DNA from: an uncultured Planctomycetaceae bacterium | Lineage (GTDB): Bacteria; Planctomycetota; Planctomycetia; Pirellulales; PALSA-1355 | NCBI GenBank assembly: GCA_963785305.1 | Contig: CAWAUV010000004.1 | Coordinates: 416,001 to 480,000 of the forward strand | DNA: 64,000 bases | Reading direction: 5' to 3' | The notes under the pieces: model-generated | Databases searched by the model: none | The model's input: the letters and a program-made list of their open reading frames with translations, nothing else | What the model was told of the DNA's origin: nothing | Part shown: piece by piece, positions 1-10,762 of the stretch | How the letters are laid out: every line of letters starts with the position of its first letter | Position numbering within the stretch: position 1 is the first letter of the stretch | Made by a program: the position numbers and the translations under genes

Positions 1-116
1 GCCGCGAGAAATCAGACTGGGCGAGTTGAGCGAGTCGGGGGGGAGTGACCCAAAGAAAAAGGAGGCATCATTCGCAAGTCATTACAGGGAAAGCGATTGC
101 GTGTGATGAACCGATA

Positions 117-144
117 TTGACTCGTTCGGTAAGCTGGCTATAAT
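117..144 (+). promoter_or_regulatory. sigma70-type promoter for the response regulator/kinase operon
   Basis: TTGACT(117-122)-16 bp-TATAAT(139-144), ~290 nt upstream of the ATG at 434. Confidence 0.65.
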
Positions 145-433
145 CCCTTTAGATGGCAAAATCGGTAAAGCTGGGAATGCCGTTGTTCCCGAGAGCGTGA
201 GCCCGTTTTGCGATCGTTTCCACGTGGGGACGGAGCCCGCTCTGCGGCGGCCGGTTGTTTGGGACTCATGGGAGAGTCAAGCACAATCGGTGGACGTGCG
301 CAGCGTGATAGGGGAGGCCGTCTGGCGTGACACGGAAGCCTAGGAACTTGGGCGTTTGGGCTGAAGGACAGTCTCGACCGCTCGAGTCCCGCTTAGACTA
401 GCCTGACCAATCGGCTAGGGAGAGGTGGTTTGC

Positions 434-1018
434 ATGATGAAGACCGTCTTTACAACCGGAGAGGCGGCCAAGATTTGCAAGGTGAGCCAGCAGACGATTA
501 TTCGCTGCTTCGACTCCGGCGCCCTCAAAGGATTTCGCGTGCCGGGCAGCCGTTTCCGCCGCATTCCGCGGGATCAGTTGTACCTCTTTATGCGCGACAA
601 TGGCATTCCCACCGATGCCCTCGAAAGTGGCAAGCGAAAAGTGCTCGTGGTCGACGACGACCAAGAGTTGGTTGAACTGATTGTCGACGTGCTCGAAAAA
701 GATGGCCGTTTCGAGCTCCGCACCGTGAACAACGGCTTCGACGCCGGCATGATGGTCAAGGAATATCGGCCCGATCTGATCGTGCTCGATGTGATGCTGC
801 CGGATATCAACGGCAAGGAAGTCTGCCAGCGCGTGCGCAGCGACAAGACGATGGACGAAGTGCGAATTATCTGCATCTCCGGCCTCGTCGAGGAAGACAA
901 GATCGAAGACCTCCGCCTAAGCGGGGCCAACGATTTTCTGCAAAAGCCCTTCGAGGTCGAGACGCTTGTCGAGCGCATGTGCCAACTGCTCGACATCGAA
1001 AGCGTCACCGCGGGCTGA
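434..1018 (+). CDS. Response regulator with N-terminal MerR/excisionase-like HTH and C-terminal receiver domain
   Basis: FTTGEAAKICKVSQQTIIR HTH; VLVVDDD, LIVLDVMLPD (phospho-Asp) and FLQKPF receiver motifs; GGAGAGG SD. Confidence 0.92.
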   Translation: MMKTVFTTGEAAKICKVSQQTIIRCFDSGALKGFRVPGSRFRRIPRDQLYLFMRDNGIPTDALESGKRKVLVVDDDQELVELIVDVLEKDGRFELRTVNNGFDAGMMVKEYRPDLIVLDVMLPDINGKEVCQRVRSDKTMDEVRIICISGLVEEDKIEDLRLSGANDFLQKPFEVETLVERMCQLLDIESVTAG

Positions 1019-1052
1019 CGCAAGGCGCCGCGGCCGGCGGTAGCGTGAACCG

Positions 1053-2648
1053 GTGCCCCGGCCATTTGACGCGTTTGGGGGAGGCGACACGTTGACGAGC
1101 GACGCGCCGCCGATTGCGCTGGTTTGGCTGTGGCTGCCGCTTGATGTGGCGCCACTGCCAGCCGGATTACTGTCGGCCGGATTTCCGCCGACCGGTTTAC
1201 AGCCGACGGTTGCACGAACCCCCCCGACGCCCGCGGAGTCGCCGGGCGCCGTGGTTCGTGTGCCGGCGCCGCTGAGTCACCGGGGCGCGCTCGAACTACT
1301 AGCGGCGGTGACGCGCGGGCTCGAGCCCGCGGCGCCGGCTTGGCGTGAATTGTTGTGGGCCGAGCCCGCGCTCTGCGCCTGGGTCGTGGCGCGGGCCGGC
1401 GAGCGTGGCGTGGCGCTGCGCCGCTCGGCAATAGCCGCAGTCTGGCTGGCCACGCACGCGCCGCGCGAATCCTTCGCCTCGGCCGCAGGGCATGCCGGGG
1501 CTGCAAGCAATGGCGTCGTAAGCGCCGACAGCATCGCCGAGGCCCATCAAAACGAATGTTGGGCTAAGCTCGCCCTGTTGGCCCAAACCGCTCGCCCGCC
1601 AAGCCCGGCCGCCGCGTCGCTGGATGCGCCCGATTTATGCGCTGCCCATGGCGCATGGCGCGACTTTTTGCAGGCGCTCTTCGCCGCTCGGCCGGTCGCG
1701 AGCGCGATCGGACCGGCGCCGGCTTGGCTCTCGATCGAGCACGCCTCGGTGTCGGCGACACGCGAAAAGTTCACCGCGGTGGTATCTGAGACCGCGCCGC
1801 TCCCGCCGGAACTGGCCGATCGCTGGCTGCGGCCCGGGGTCGACGCGTCGTGGGTTCCGCTCGCGCTGGAGCGGCTCTCGCGATCGGCGGTGCTCGAATC
1901 CGATTTTCAGCGGGCGCTCGAAACGGAAAAGCTCGACGCGATGAAAGAGCTGGCCTATGGCGCCGGCCACGAAATCAACAACCCGTTGGCCAATATCTCG
2001 GCCCGCGCCCAAACCCTGCTGCGCGAAGAGCGCGACCCGGAGCGCCGCCGTCGGCTGGCGGCGATCCATGCCCAGGCGTTTCGAGCACACGAAATGATCG
2101 CCGACATGATGCTCTTTGCCCGCCCGCCCCGGCCGGAATGGGGCGATGTCGAGCTCGGCGAACTTATCGGTCGCGTCGTCGCCAGCCTCGCGCCCGCCGT
2201 GGCCCAACGGGGCGCATCGCTCAAGTTCGCCCCGCCCGCGGCGCCATGCGCCCTGCGGGCCGATGGCGCCCAGCTATCTTTGGCCCTCCGCGCGCTCTGT
2301 CTCAATGCCCTCGAATCGCTCGACCAACAAGACCAGGGAGGTTGCGTCGAGATTGCGGTTTGCGAGCTTGCGGGCGACGCCGAGGTTGGCGAGGCGCCGA
2401 GCGTGGAAATCACGGTCCGCGACACCGGGCCAGGGATCTCGGCGGATGTTGCTTCGCGAATCTTCGATCCCTTCTACTCGGGCCGCGAGGCCGGTCGCGG
2501 GCTGGGAATGGGCCTCTCGAAATGCTGGCGCATCGTGACCGGGCATGGCGGTCGTCTATCGGCCAGCGATCGCGGCTCGGCGGAAGGCCGGTCGGGGGCT
2601 TGCTTCACGATTCGCCTGCCGCGCCGGCCGGATTCTGGAAGTTCTTAA
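1053..2648 (+). CDS. Sensor histidine kinase (HisKA + HATPase_c); start uncertain
   Basis: H-box AGHEINNPL, N-box LCLNALES, G1 VRDTGPGI, F-box IFDPFYS, G2 GLGMGLS. Confidence 0.9.
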   Translation: MPRPFDAFGGGDTLTSDAPPIALVWLWLPLDVAPLPAGLLSAGFPPTGLQPTVARTPPTPAESPGAVVRVPAPLSHRGALELLAAVTRGLEPAAPAWRELLWAEPALCAWVVARAGERGVALRRSAIAAVWLATHAPRESFASAAGHAGAASNGVVSADSIAEAHQNECWAKLALLAQTARPPSPAAASLDAPDLCAAHGAWRDFLQALFAARPVASAIGPAPAWLSIEHASVSATREKFTAVVSETAPLPPELADRWLRPGVDASWVPLALERLSRSAVLESDFQRALETEKLDAMKELAYGAGHEINNPLANISARAQTLLREERDPERRRRLAAIHAQAFRAHEMIADMMLFARPPRPEWGDVELGELIGRVVASLAPAVAQRGASLKFAPPAAPCALRADGAQLSLALRALCLNALESLDQQDQGGCVEIAVCELAGDAEVGEAPSVEITVRDTGPGISADVASRIFDPFYSGREAGRGLGMGLSKCWRIVTGHGGRLSASDRGSAEGRSGACFTIRLPRRPDSGSS

Positions 2649-2890
2649 AGGGCCGGCCGCGGCTTCCGGCTCGGGATTTGCATCCACCAAGTTGAATGAA
2701 TTCTCGCGGCGTGCCCCGGAAAAACGGGCTTAAGCCGACGTGCAGGCGCCGCTCGGAGGGGTCGTGGCATTTATCGCGGCGGGAGAATGAAAATACTTCC
2801 CCCGGGGCCGCGCGTGGCCTAGAATCGGTAAGGCGACTTGTAAATCCAACGGCGAGCAACATCCCAAGACTTTTGCACCGGAGCGTAGCC

Positions 2891-3361
2891 ATGCGAACGT
2901 TTTTCTTTGGCGCCTGTTTGGCGCTGGCCTGTTTGGCCGCGAATTTTGCGAACGCGCAATATGTCACGAGTTATTACGCGCCCGTCGTGGCCGGTTACAC
3001 GCCCGCCGTGACCGACTATGGTTTTGGCCCGGCTTACAGCCCGTCGGTGAGCTACTACTCGAATACGGCGGTCGCGCCGACAACGGCGTATTACGCTCCG
3101 AGCGTCGTGCCGACCACGACTTACTACGCGCCGGGCGTGGCCACCGCGGTCGCTCCGGTGACGACGTATTATGCCCCGACCGCGGCCGTGCCAGTGACGA
3201 GCTATTATGCTCCCGCCGCCGTGCCGGTGACGAGCTACTATGCTCCCGCCGCGGTTCCGGTGACCGCCTACTACGGACGCGCGTCGTATTGGGTGGCGCC
3301 GCCGAAAGTGTATGTGGCCGGCGAGCCGGTGCGGAATTTCTTTCGCGTGCTGACGCCGTGA
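2891..3361 (+). CDS. Secreted Tyr/Ala/Pro-rich repeat protein
   Basis: Signal peptide MRTFFFGACLALACLAANFANA-Q; six YYAP repeats; C-terminal GEPVRNFFR. Confidence 0.8.
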   Translation: MRTFFFGACLALACLAANFANAQYVTSYYAPVVAGYTPAVTDYGFGPAYSPSVSYYSNTAVAPTTAYYAPSVVPTTTYYAPGVATAVAPVTTYYAPTAAVPVTSYYAPAAVPVTSYYAPAAVPVTAYYGRASYWVAPPKVYVAGEPVRNFFRVLTP

Positions 3362-3484
3362 TGTTTCGCCGCGCGTGATCTTGGTTTGCTCCCCCCGCGA
3401 AAAACAAACGCGAGCGCGACGTCCGAGAATCGGTCCGGCGTCGCGCTCGCGTTGTCGTTTTGTCCGCGATGTTTCGGCTCGCGA

Positions 3485-3906
3485 TTATTCCGATCCCGTC
3501 GCATACACGACCCAGCCGACGCCGAACTTGTCTTTGAGCATGCCGAATCGCGGCGAGAAAAAGGTTCGCTCGAGGGGCCGCAACACGCTGCCGCCCGCCG
3601 AGAGCGCGGCATGATATTGGTCGACTTCCGCCGCGCTGGCCACGGTCAGCGTGATGAAGAAGCCCTCGAAAGCGGTCTTGCCGCTGAACTGGCCATCGGA
3701 CATTCTGCATCCGCGAACCGCCGATTTCCAATTCGGCGTGCATAACCTTCTCGATGCGCCGCGCCCGCGGGACCTTGGCCCTCTCGCGGCTCGGGATTGT
3801 CTTTATAGCGCATCAACATTTTTACGTCGGCGCCGACCGCGCCGCGGTAGAACTCGATCGCTTCGTCGCAACGGCCTTCGAAAAACAGATAGGGCATCAG
3901 CGCCAT
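3485..3906 (-). CDS. VOC/PhnB-family protein (frameshifted)
   Basis: MALMPYLFFEGRCDEAIEFY, MHAELEIGGS and TFFSPRFGMLKDKFGVGW fall in three frames. Confidence 0.85.
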
Positions 3907-3983
3907 GGAACGACCTCCTTGGTTACGATTCGATTGACGAAGGAAACGACATTCATTTCCGAACTTCGATTGGCGGTTTCGGG

Positions 3984-4406
3984 CTAGCGCTTCGAACGGC
4001 GCGGCGCGAGGGGCTGTTTCCTCGCGGCGCCGCGGCGTTTTTTCGCGGGCGGCGACTTCTCCGGCGCCGGGGGAACATTCTCCGCCCGTTGAATTTCGGC
4101 GAGATAGGCCTCGAGGCGATCCAACCGCGCGTCCCAGAAGCGGCGATACTGTTCGATCCAGTCGGCGACCTCGGCCAGCGGCTTTGCCTGGAGCCGACAC
4201 GGCCGAAATTGAGCTTGGCGTCCCTGCCGCACGAGCCCGGCCCGTTGCAAGACCTTGAGATGCTTGGTCACGGCCGGCAGACTGATCGCGAATGGCCTCG
4301 CGAGTTCCGTGACCGAGGTTTCTCCGGCGCGAAGCCGAGCCAAGATCGCGCGGCGCGTCGGATCGGCCAAGGCGGCGAAGGTCGCGCTGAGCGTGTCGAT
4401 GGCCAT
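3984..4406 (-). CDS. ArsR/SmtB-family transcriptional regulator
   Basis: FAALADPTRRAIL...SLPAVTKHLKVLQRAGLV...FWDARLDRLEAYL. Confidence 0.92.
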   Translation of the reverse strand: MAIDTLSATFAALADPTRRAILARLRAGETSVTELARPFAISLPAVTKHLKVLQRAGLVRQGRQAQFRPCRLQAKPLAEVADWIEQYRRFWDARLDRLEAYLAEIQRAENVPPAPEKSPPAKKRRGAARKQPLAPRRSKR

Positions 4407-4461
4407 CGGCGCGAAATTCCCCGGTGAAGCGCGTGACACGAGAGCCCTGAACCCGATAGCT

Positions 4462-4505
4462 AATTAACTACGCGGTAAAATATAGACGCCGCGCGAGGGC
4501 GTCAA
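4462..4505 (-). promoter_or_regulatory. Promoter and imperfect palindromic operator of the arsR-VOC operon
   Basis: Minus strand TTGACG-17 bp-TATTTT, overlapping AATTAACT-ACGC-GGTAAAAT (plus strand 4462-4481). Confidence 0.5.
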
Positions 4506-4538
4506 GGCCGGCGGGGGAGAAATCGTTCGTTCGGCGTC

Positions 4539-7500
4539 TCATGCGGCCGGCGGCGCCTTCGCTCCGAAGAGCGAGTACAGGGCCGGCAGCACCAAAAGCG
4601 TGAGCGCCAGCGAGCTCAGGATGCCACCGACCACGACCGTGGCCAGCGGACGCTGCACCTCGGCGCCCACGGCCGTGGCAAGCATCATCGGCACGAAGCC
4701 CAGGGCCGCGGTGGCCGAGGTCATCAGCACCGGCCGCAGCCGCAGGAGTCCGGCGGTCGAGATCGCATGGTCGAGCTCGAAGCCGTCTTCGCGGAGTTTA
4801 TGAATATAGGAGACGAGCACCAATCCGTTGAGCACCGCGATTCCAAACAGCGCGATAAAACCGACGCCGGCCGAGATGGAAAACGCCATGCCGCGAACCC
4901 AAAGCGCCACGACGCCGCCCACCACGGCGAACGGCACTCCGCTATAGATCAGGAGCGCGTTGCGCGCCGAACTGAAGGTCGTGTAGAGCAAGATGAAAAT
5001 CAGCGACGCCGCCAGCGGCACCACGATCATCAGTCGTCGCTCGGCTCGCTGCATATGCTCGAATTTCCCGCCCAGGGCAAAGGAATATCCCGGCGGCCAA
5101 GTGGATTGCAGTTTTTCGAGTCGCCCGCGGAGCTCCTTCACGAATCCGCCGGTGTCGCGTCCCACCACATTGCATTGCACCAGCATTCGGCGTCGAAGCG
5201 CTTCGCGATTGATGACGCTGGGGGTTTCGATCGAGCGTAAATTGGCCAATCGCGCCAGCGGCAAGCGAGCGCCGCCGGGAGTGTTGACCAGGATTTGACC
5301 GATGGCGTCGGGGTCCTTGCGATATTCGGGCGCGAGCCGCACCACGATCGGAAACCGTAGCGGCCCCTCGCGCACCTCGCCCACGCGGGGCGTGCCGATC
5401 GCTTGGATCGTGCTGAGCACGTCGCGCCGGGCAATTCCGTAGCGCGAGATCGCCTCTTGATCGACATCGATCCGCAGGAGCGGCGTGCCGGTCAACTGAT
5501 CGGGACTCACGCCGTCGTGTCCGTCGATCTGGTTCATTTCGGCCGCGACCTGTTCGGCGAGATCGACGAGGCGGTCGAATTCCTCGCCAAAGATCTTCAC
5601 GCCCACGTCGGCCTTGATGCCGGCGATCATTTCGTTGAGCCGTTGTTCGATGGGCTGGGTAAACATCATCGACATGCCCGGCGCGCCGTTGAGCGTTGCT
5701 TTCATCAGTTCGGTGAGCTCGTCTTGATTATGCGCTTTCTTCCAGCGGGCGACCGGAGTGAGCGTGATGAACACATCGCCTTGATCCCAGCCCATCGGGT
5801 CGGTGGCCACTTCGGCCGTGCCGTGGCGCGACCAGATGCGTTCGATCTCGTCGGGAAAGCGGGCGAGGAGCAATTGTTCGATCTCGGTTCCTTGCCGCAC
5901 GGCCTCGTCGAGCGAGATGCTCGCCAGCCGCGTGGTCGCGATCACGATCGCATGTTCGTTCAGCTTGGGAATGAATTCGGCCCCCAGTTGGCTGGCGACC
6001 AGTCCCGCCAGGGCCAGCACCGCCACCGCCGCGCCCATGACGAACAATCGCCGCCGGAGCACCCATTCGAGCACGGGGCGATAAGCTCGCCGCGCCCGAC
6101 GCACGATCCACGGCTCGATGATCCTCGCCGCGGCCGAGAAATGTGGCGGCCAGCACCGGCGTGAGCGTGAGCGAGAGCAGCAGCGAGCCCACGAGGGCGA
6201 AGAGCACGGTTTGAGCCATCGGCCGAAACAGCTTGCCCTCGACGCCTTCGAGCGTGAGCACCGGCAGATACACGATCATGATGATTATTTCGCCGAACAT
6301 CGTGGGCTTGCGCACCTCGACGCAGGCGTCGCGCACCACATCGGTCGAGGATTTTCCGGGATGCGCCTCCGACATGTGCCGCACCGAGTTTTCCACCATG
6401 ATCACCGAACTATCGATCAGCACTCCAAAGTCGATCGCGCCCAGGCTCATCAAACTGCCGGCGATTCCGGTGGCGATCATCATGTTGCTGGCGAAGAGAA
6501 ACGACAGCGGAATCGACGCCGCGACGATCAACCCGGCCCGCAGCCCGCCGCCCAAGACAAACAGCGCGGCCACGACCAGCGTGGCGCCCATCAGCAGGTT
6601 GTGTTCGGCGGTCGCGAGCACATGATCCACGAGCGTCGAGCGCACCAGCGCGTCTTCGACTGTCACGCCGGGCGGGAGCGTGGGGCGAATTTCATCCATC
6701 TTTTGCCGCATCCGCTCGGTCACGTCGCGGCTGTTTTCACCGAGCAACATGAAGCCCAGCCCCAGCACCACTTGGCCGCGGCCATTGGTGGTCACGGCGC
6801 CCGACTGGATTTCATGTTCGATCTCGACATCGGCCACGTCGCGCACCCGCACCGGTTGACCGTTGTGATGTTTGAGCACGATTTCGGAGATATCGGACTT
6901 GCTGGTGAGCATGCCCACGCCCTGGATGAGTCGCGTTTCGCCGGCCCGGGTGATATTGCCGCCGCCCACATTGCCGTTATTCGTGCGAAGCGAATCGGTG
7001 ACATCGTTGAGCGTAAGGTCGTATTTCGCCAGCTTCGAGGGGTCGAACAGCACATGGTACTGCTTTTCGTAGCCGCCCCAGGTGTTGACCTCGGCCACGC
7101 CCGCCACGGTGCGAAGCTGGCTCTTGATGAGCCAGTGGTGCATCGTGCGCAGCTCGGTCAGGTCGTAGCGCGGCTTGCCCGCGGCGTCGCGATCGCTGCT
7201 CACGATGTAGTGATACACTTCGCCCAAGCCGGTGGCGATCGGGCCGAGTTGGGGCTTTTGCACTCCGTGCGTTTCGGGCAAATCGACCGTGGCCAGTTTT
7301 TCTTGCACGAGCTGCGTCGCCGGAAGCACATCGGCGCCGTCGTCGAACACGCAGGTGACGACCGAGAGGCCGAACTTCGAAAGCGACCGCACCTCGCGCA
7401 AGCCGCGGTAGCCCGCCGAGCGCTTGCTCGATCGGATACGTGACCTGCATCTCGATGTCTTGCGGGCCGAGCGCCGGCGCCACCGTGTTCACTTGCACCA

Positions 7501-7636
7501 GAATCGGGCTCGTGTCGGGAAAGGCGTCGATCGGTAGCCGATCGAAGGCCCACAGCCCGCTAAACAGCAGGCCCACCGAGAGCATCGCCACCAGCAAACG
7601 CTGCTCGAGCGCGAAGCGAATGATACGATTCAGCAT
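4539..7636 (-). CDS. czcA: CusA/CzcA heavy-metal efflux RND transporter (frameshifts near 7405 and 6110)
   Basis: LPIDAFPDT, GSLMSLGAIDFG, GKLFRPMA, RLRPVLMT and GAEVQRPLATVVVGG across three ORFs. Confidence 0.9.
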
Positions 7637-7657
7637 GGGCGGCCGTTCCGCGGGCGA

Positions 7658-8953
7658 TCACTCGATCTGGCCGAATGAGGGATTTTCGAGGTTGCTTTTG
7701 AGCAGAAAGCTGCCGGTCGTGACCACGCGCTCGCCGGGTTCGAGCCCCGAGGTGACTTCCCAATCGTGGGCCCCGCGAATGCCGATCGTCACTCGGCGGC
7801 CTTCATATTCACCCGGCTTCTTATGCACCATCACGATATAGTGCCCGTCGTGCATTTGCACCGCCGAGGACGGGGCCACGGTGGCGCTCGCGGCGCTGGC
7901 CACGGTGAGCTTTCCCTTGCCGAACATGTTGGCCCGCAGCGCGCTGTTCACATTCGTCACTTCGCCGCGGACTTGGATCGTGCGTGTTTGCGGATCGACT
8001 TCCGGGCTGATCCAGGTCACGTGGCCCGGAAATTCTTGACCTTCGAGTCCGTCGGGCACGAACACCAGCGGCTGGTCGAGGCGAATCTTGCCGAGGTCGC
8101 TTTCGTAGGCGCTCAGATGGACCCACATTGTTTCGAGATTGGCGATGGCAAACACCGGCACATTGCTGGTCACGGCCTCGCCCTCGACGGCATGTCGCTG
8201 CACGAGCGTGCCATCCCAGGGAGCGGTGATCGCCATTTCGGCGTGGGTGTCGTTTTCGGCGACGAAGGCGTCGATTTGCTGATCATCGAAGCCAAGATTC
8301 ACGAGCCGCTGCCGCGATTTCGCGGCGTCGAGCCGCTGCTCTTGGAGCATGTGCTCCATCTCGAACAGCGTTTTCGAGGGAATCGCTTGTTGATCGGCTA
8401 GCTTTCGCAAGCGGTCGCAATAGCCTTCGGTATATTTCACATTGATCATCGCATAGACATACGACGACTTGTATTCGCCGAGCGTGGCGGAATCGAGCAC
8501 GGCGAGTTCCTGCCCCGCGTGAACCGGCGCCCCCACATCGGTTCGCACCTGTTTGAGAATGCCATCGACGCGCAGGCGAATCTGCGCATAGCGGTTCTCG
8601 TTGAAGCCGACATAACCGTTGCAGACGATCTCGCTCGAGACCGGTCGGGTGGCGATGGTCGTCAGCTCGACCCCCGCCATTTCACGGGCCCGCTCGTCGG
8701 AGACGGTCACAATGTCGTGTTCGACGCTGGGCGGCAATTCCTCGACGCCGCCGACGCGGAGTTCACTGGCGCCGGGCGCGGCGCCGCGGCCAAAGTTCCA
8801 CCCCAAGAGCGCCGCCGCGCCCACGGCCGCCAGGATGAGCAAGTACCCGGCCGGGCCGATGCGCGCCGGCGCCGCCGGGGACTTAGCCCCGCGCGGGGGC
8901 GCCTCGGCGGGCGCAACTGCCGTGGCTGTAGGGGTCTGGGATGCTTCCGCCAT
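7658..8953 (-). CDS. RND efflux periplasmic adaptor (CzcB/CusB-like)
   Basis: N-terminal TM; ITAPWDG, VDPQTRTIQVR, LRANMFG, GLEPGERVVTTGSFLL; directly upstream of czcA. Confidence 0.88.
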   Translation of the reverse strand: MAEASQTPTATAVAPAEAPPRGAKSPAAPARIGPAGYLLILAAVGAAALLGWNFGRGAAPGASELRVGGVEELPPSVEHDIVTVSDERAREMAGVELTTIATRPVSSEIVCNGYVGFNENRYAQIRLRVDGILKQVRTDVGAPVHAGQELAVLDSATLGEYKSSYVYAMINVKYTEGYCDRLRKLADQQAIPSKTLFEMEHMLQEQRLDAAKSRQRLVNLGFDDQQIDAFVAENDTHAEMAITAPWDGTLVQRHAVEGEAVTSNVPVFAIANLETMWVHLSAYESDLGKIRLDQPLVFVPDGLEGQEFPGHVTWISPEVDPQTRTIQVRGEVTNVNSALRANMFGKGKLTVASAASATVAPSSAVQMHDGHYIVMVHKKPGEYEGRRVTIGIRGAHDWEVTSGLEPGERVVTTGSFLLKSNLENPSFGQIE

Positions 8954-9310
8954 GGGCGAATACCTCGGATTTCGGCGGGCCCCCGGCCAGCCGCCGCCGG
9001 GGCGCCTGGGGCAAAAGATTCTCAATCAACCTTATGGCCGGCCATGGGCCGTTGTCAAGCGAAGCGCGAATTCGTCCGTCGAGTCCGTGATCGGCGCCCC
9101 CAGCGCCGCCCTTCGACGCGGCGATTTTTCCGCCAGCCCAAGCAAAGGAATTTTTCGCGATGCGTTGTTTCCATAATTTACCACAATTAGAATTCATCTA
9201 CGCCACTTAACGCTCTCCTTCGTTCGCCGGGAGGCCGCTCCCCACGACGGGCCGCGAAGAAGCCGCTCTCTGTTCTTAATTCGCCACTTTGTTTTTTCAG
9301 GAGGTAGGCC

Positions 9311-10684
9311 GTGCGATGGCATTCCTTGGGTTACGTCGCTTTTTTCGGCTTCGTGGGCCTGTGCCTCGCGATCGCGCCGCCCGCGCCCTTCATATCGAGC
9401 TCGGGCGGTTGCTTCCGTCAGCAGCAGGTGGGTGGTGTGTCGATCGACCCGAGCGGCGTGCTGAAGAACACGACGGTCGACGAGCGTGGCGAGATCAAGC
9501 GGGAGCTTGAAAAGGCATTGCATCAAGCGCCGGGCGACATGGCGGGACATGTCGAGCTGCGCAAGATATCACTGCGTGGCCTCGAAGCCGCGATCGCCGA
9601 GTCGCTCAAGACCGGCGCGGCCCTGCCCGACGAGGTGCTGTACTTGGCGGGCATGCAGCGCGTTCGCTATGTGTTCGCCGTGCCCGAGGAACAAGATGTG
9701 ATACTGGCCGGTCCGGCCGAAGGCTGGCGCGTGGGCCCGGGGGGCGACGTGGTGGGCGCGAACAACTCGCAGCCGGTGATGCTGCTCGACGATCTGCTCT
9801 CGGCCCTCCGCACGGTCGACGCGGCGCGGCAGGGCGGGCTAAGCTGCTCGATCGACCCGACTCCCGAAGGCATGCGGCGGCTCCAACCGGTGGTGAGTCA
9901 AGCGGCGTCGATTCCGACTCCCGACGAAGCCTCGGCCTCGGAGCGTGCCTCGGAGTTCGAGGAAGCGCTGGGTCCGCAAACCATTACGGTCTGGGGCGTC
10001 GACCCGCGGAGCCACTTTGCCCGGGTGATGGTGGCGGCCGACTATCGCATGAAGCGCATCGCGATGGGCTTCGAGCCGGCGCCGATTCGCGGATTGCCGA
10101 GCTATCTGTCGATGGTCAAGGGCAACGGTCGTGGAATGCAGAACATGATGCCGCGGTGGTGGCTGGCGACGAATTATGAAGGCGTGCTCGAAGCGCCGGA
10201 CAAGATGGCGTTCGAGATTCGCGGGGCCGGCGTGAAGTGCCTGGTTGAAGAAGAATTTCTCGATGCCCAGGGCAAGCGTCAGGGCTCTGGCAAGGCCAGC
10301 GCCCCGGCCAAGCAGTGGGCGACGGCGATGACCAATAAGTTCAACGAACTCTCGGCCAAGGAAGCGATCTTCGGCCAGCTTCGCAACTGCATGGACTTGG
10401 CCGTGACCGCGGCCCTCATCTCGAAAGAACATCTGTTCGAGAAAGCCGGCTGCCAAACCCCGCTCCTGCTGAGCGGCTCCGACTTGCCCACCGCCCAGTT
10501 CAATGCCCCCAAGCATGTGGCCAGTCAAGCGTCGCTCTTGCGTAAATCGTCGAGCTTCGTGATCACCGTCTCCGGCGGCGTGGAGGTCGACTCCTGGGGA
10601 GTGCTCAAGAAGACCGAGCCAAGCGAAAAAGTGGCGGCGGTGCGTGGCTCGCTGGGAAAACGCAAAAGCTGGTGGTGGGATTGA
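9311..10684 (+). CDS. DUF1598-like secreted planctomycete protein, copy 1
   Basis: Signal-like N-terminus; VGGVSID, LRKISLRGLE, ILAGPAEGW, CSIDPTPEG, ARVMVAADYRMKRI, SGGV motifs. Confidence 0.8.
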   Translation: MRWHSLGYVAFFGFVGLCLAIAPPAPFISSSGGCFRQQQVGGVSIDPSGVLKNTTVDERGEIKRELEKALHQAPGDMAGHVELRKISLRGLEAAIAESLKTGAALPDEVLYLAGMQRVRYVFAVPEEQDVILAGPAEGWRVGPGGDVVGANNSQPVMLLDDLLSALRTVDAARQGGLSCSIDPTPEGMRRLQPVVSQAASIPTPDEASASERASEFEEALGPQTITVWGVDPRSHFARVMVAADYRMKRIAMGFEPAPIRGLPSYLSMVKGNGRGMQNMMPRWWLATNYEGVLEAPDKMAFEIRGAGVKCLVEEEFLDAQGKRQGSGKASAPAKQWATAMTNKFNELSAKEAIFGQLRNCMDLAVTAALISKEHLFEKAGCQTPLLLSGSDLPTAQFNAPKHVASQASLLRKSSSFVITVSGGVEVDSWGVLKKTEPSEKVAAVRGSLGKRKSWWWD

Positions 10685-10762
10685 ACGATCGGCAAGCTGT
10701 TTGGCGCCTTGATGCGGCACGAATTCGAACCTCTACGTCTTTAGTCTTTTAGGAGCTGGGCC

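Noticed and set aside
150..215. GGCAAAA start resembling a c-di-GMP-I riboswitch
   Set aside because: The GNRA-capped P2 stem and the following ACGCAAAG-type motif are not present
1036..1047. Exact ops-like 12-mer GGCGGTAGCGTG between regulator and kinase
   Set aside because: GC-rich motif plausible by chance here, not ahead of a long operon, and RfaH/ops is mainly gammaproteobacterial
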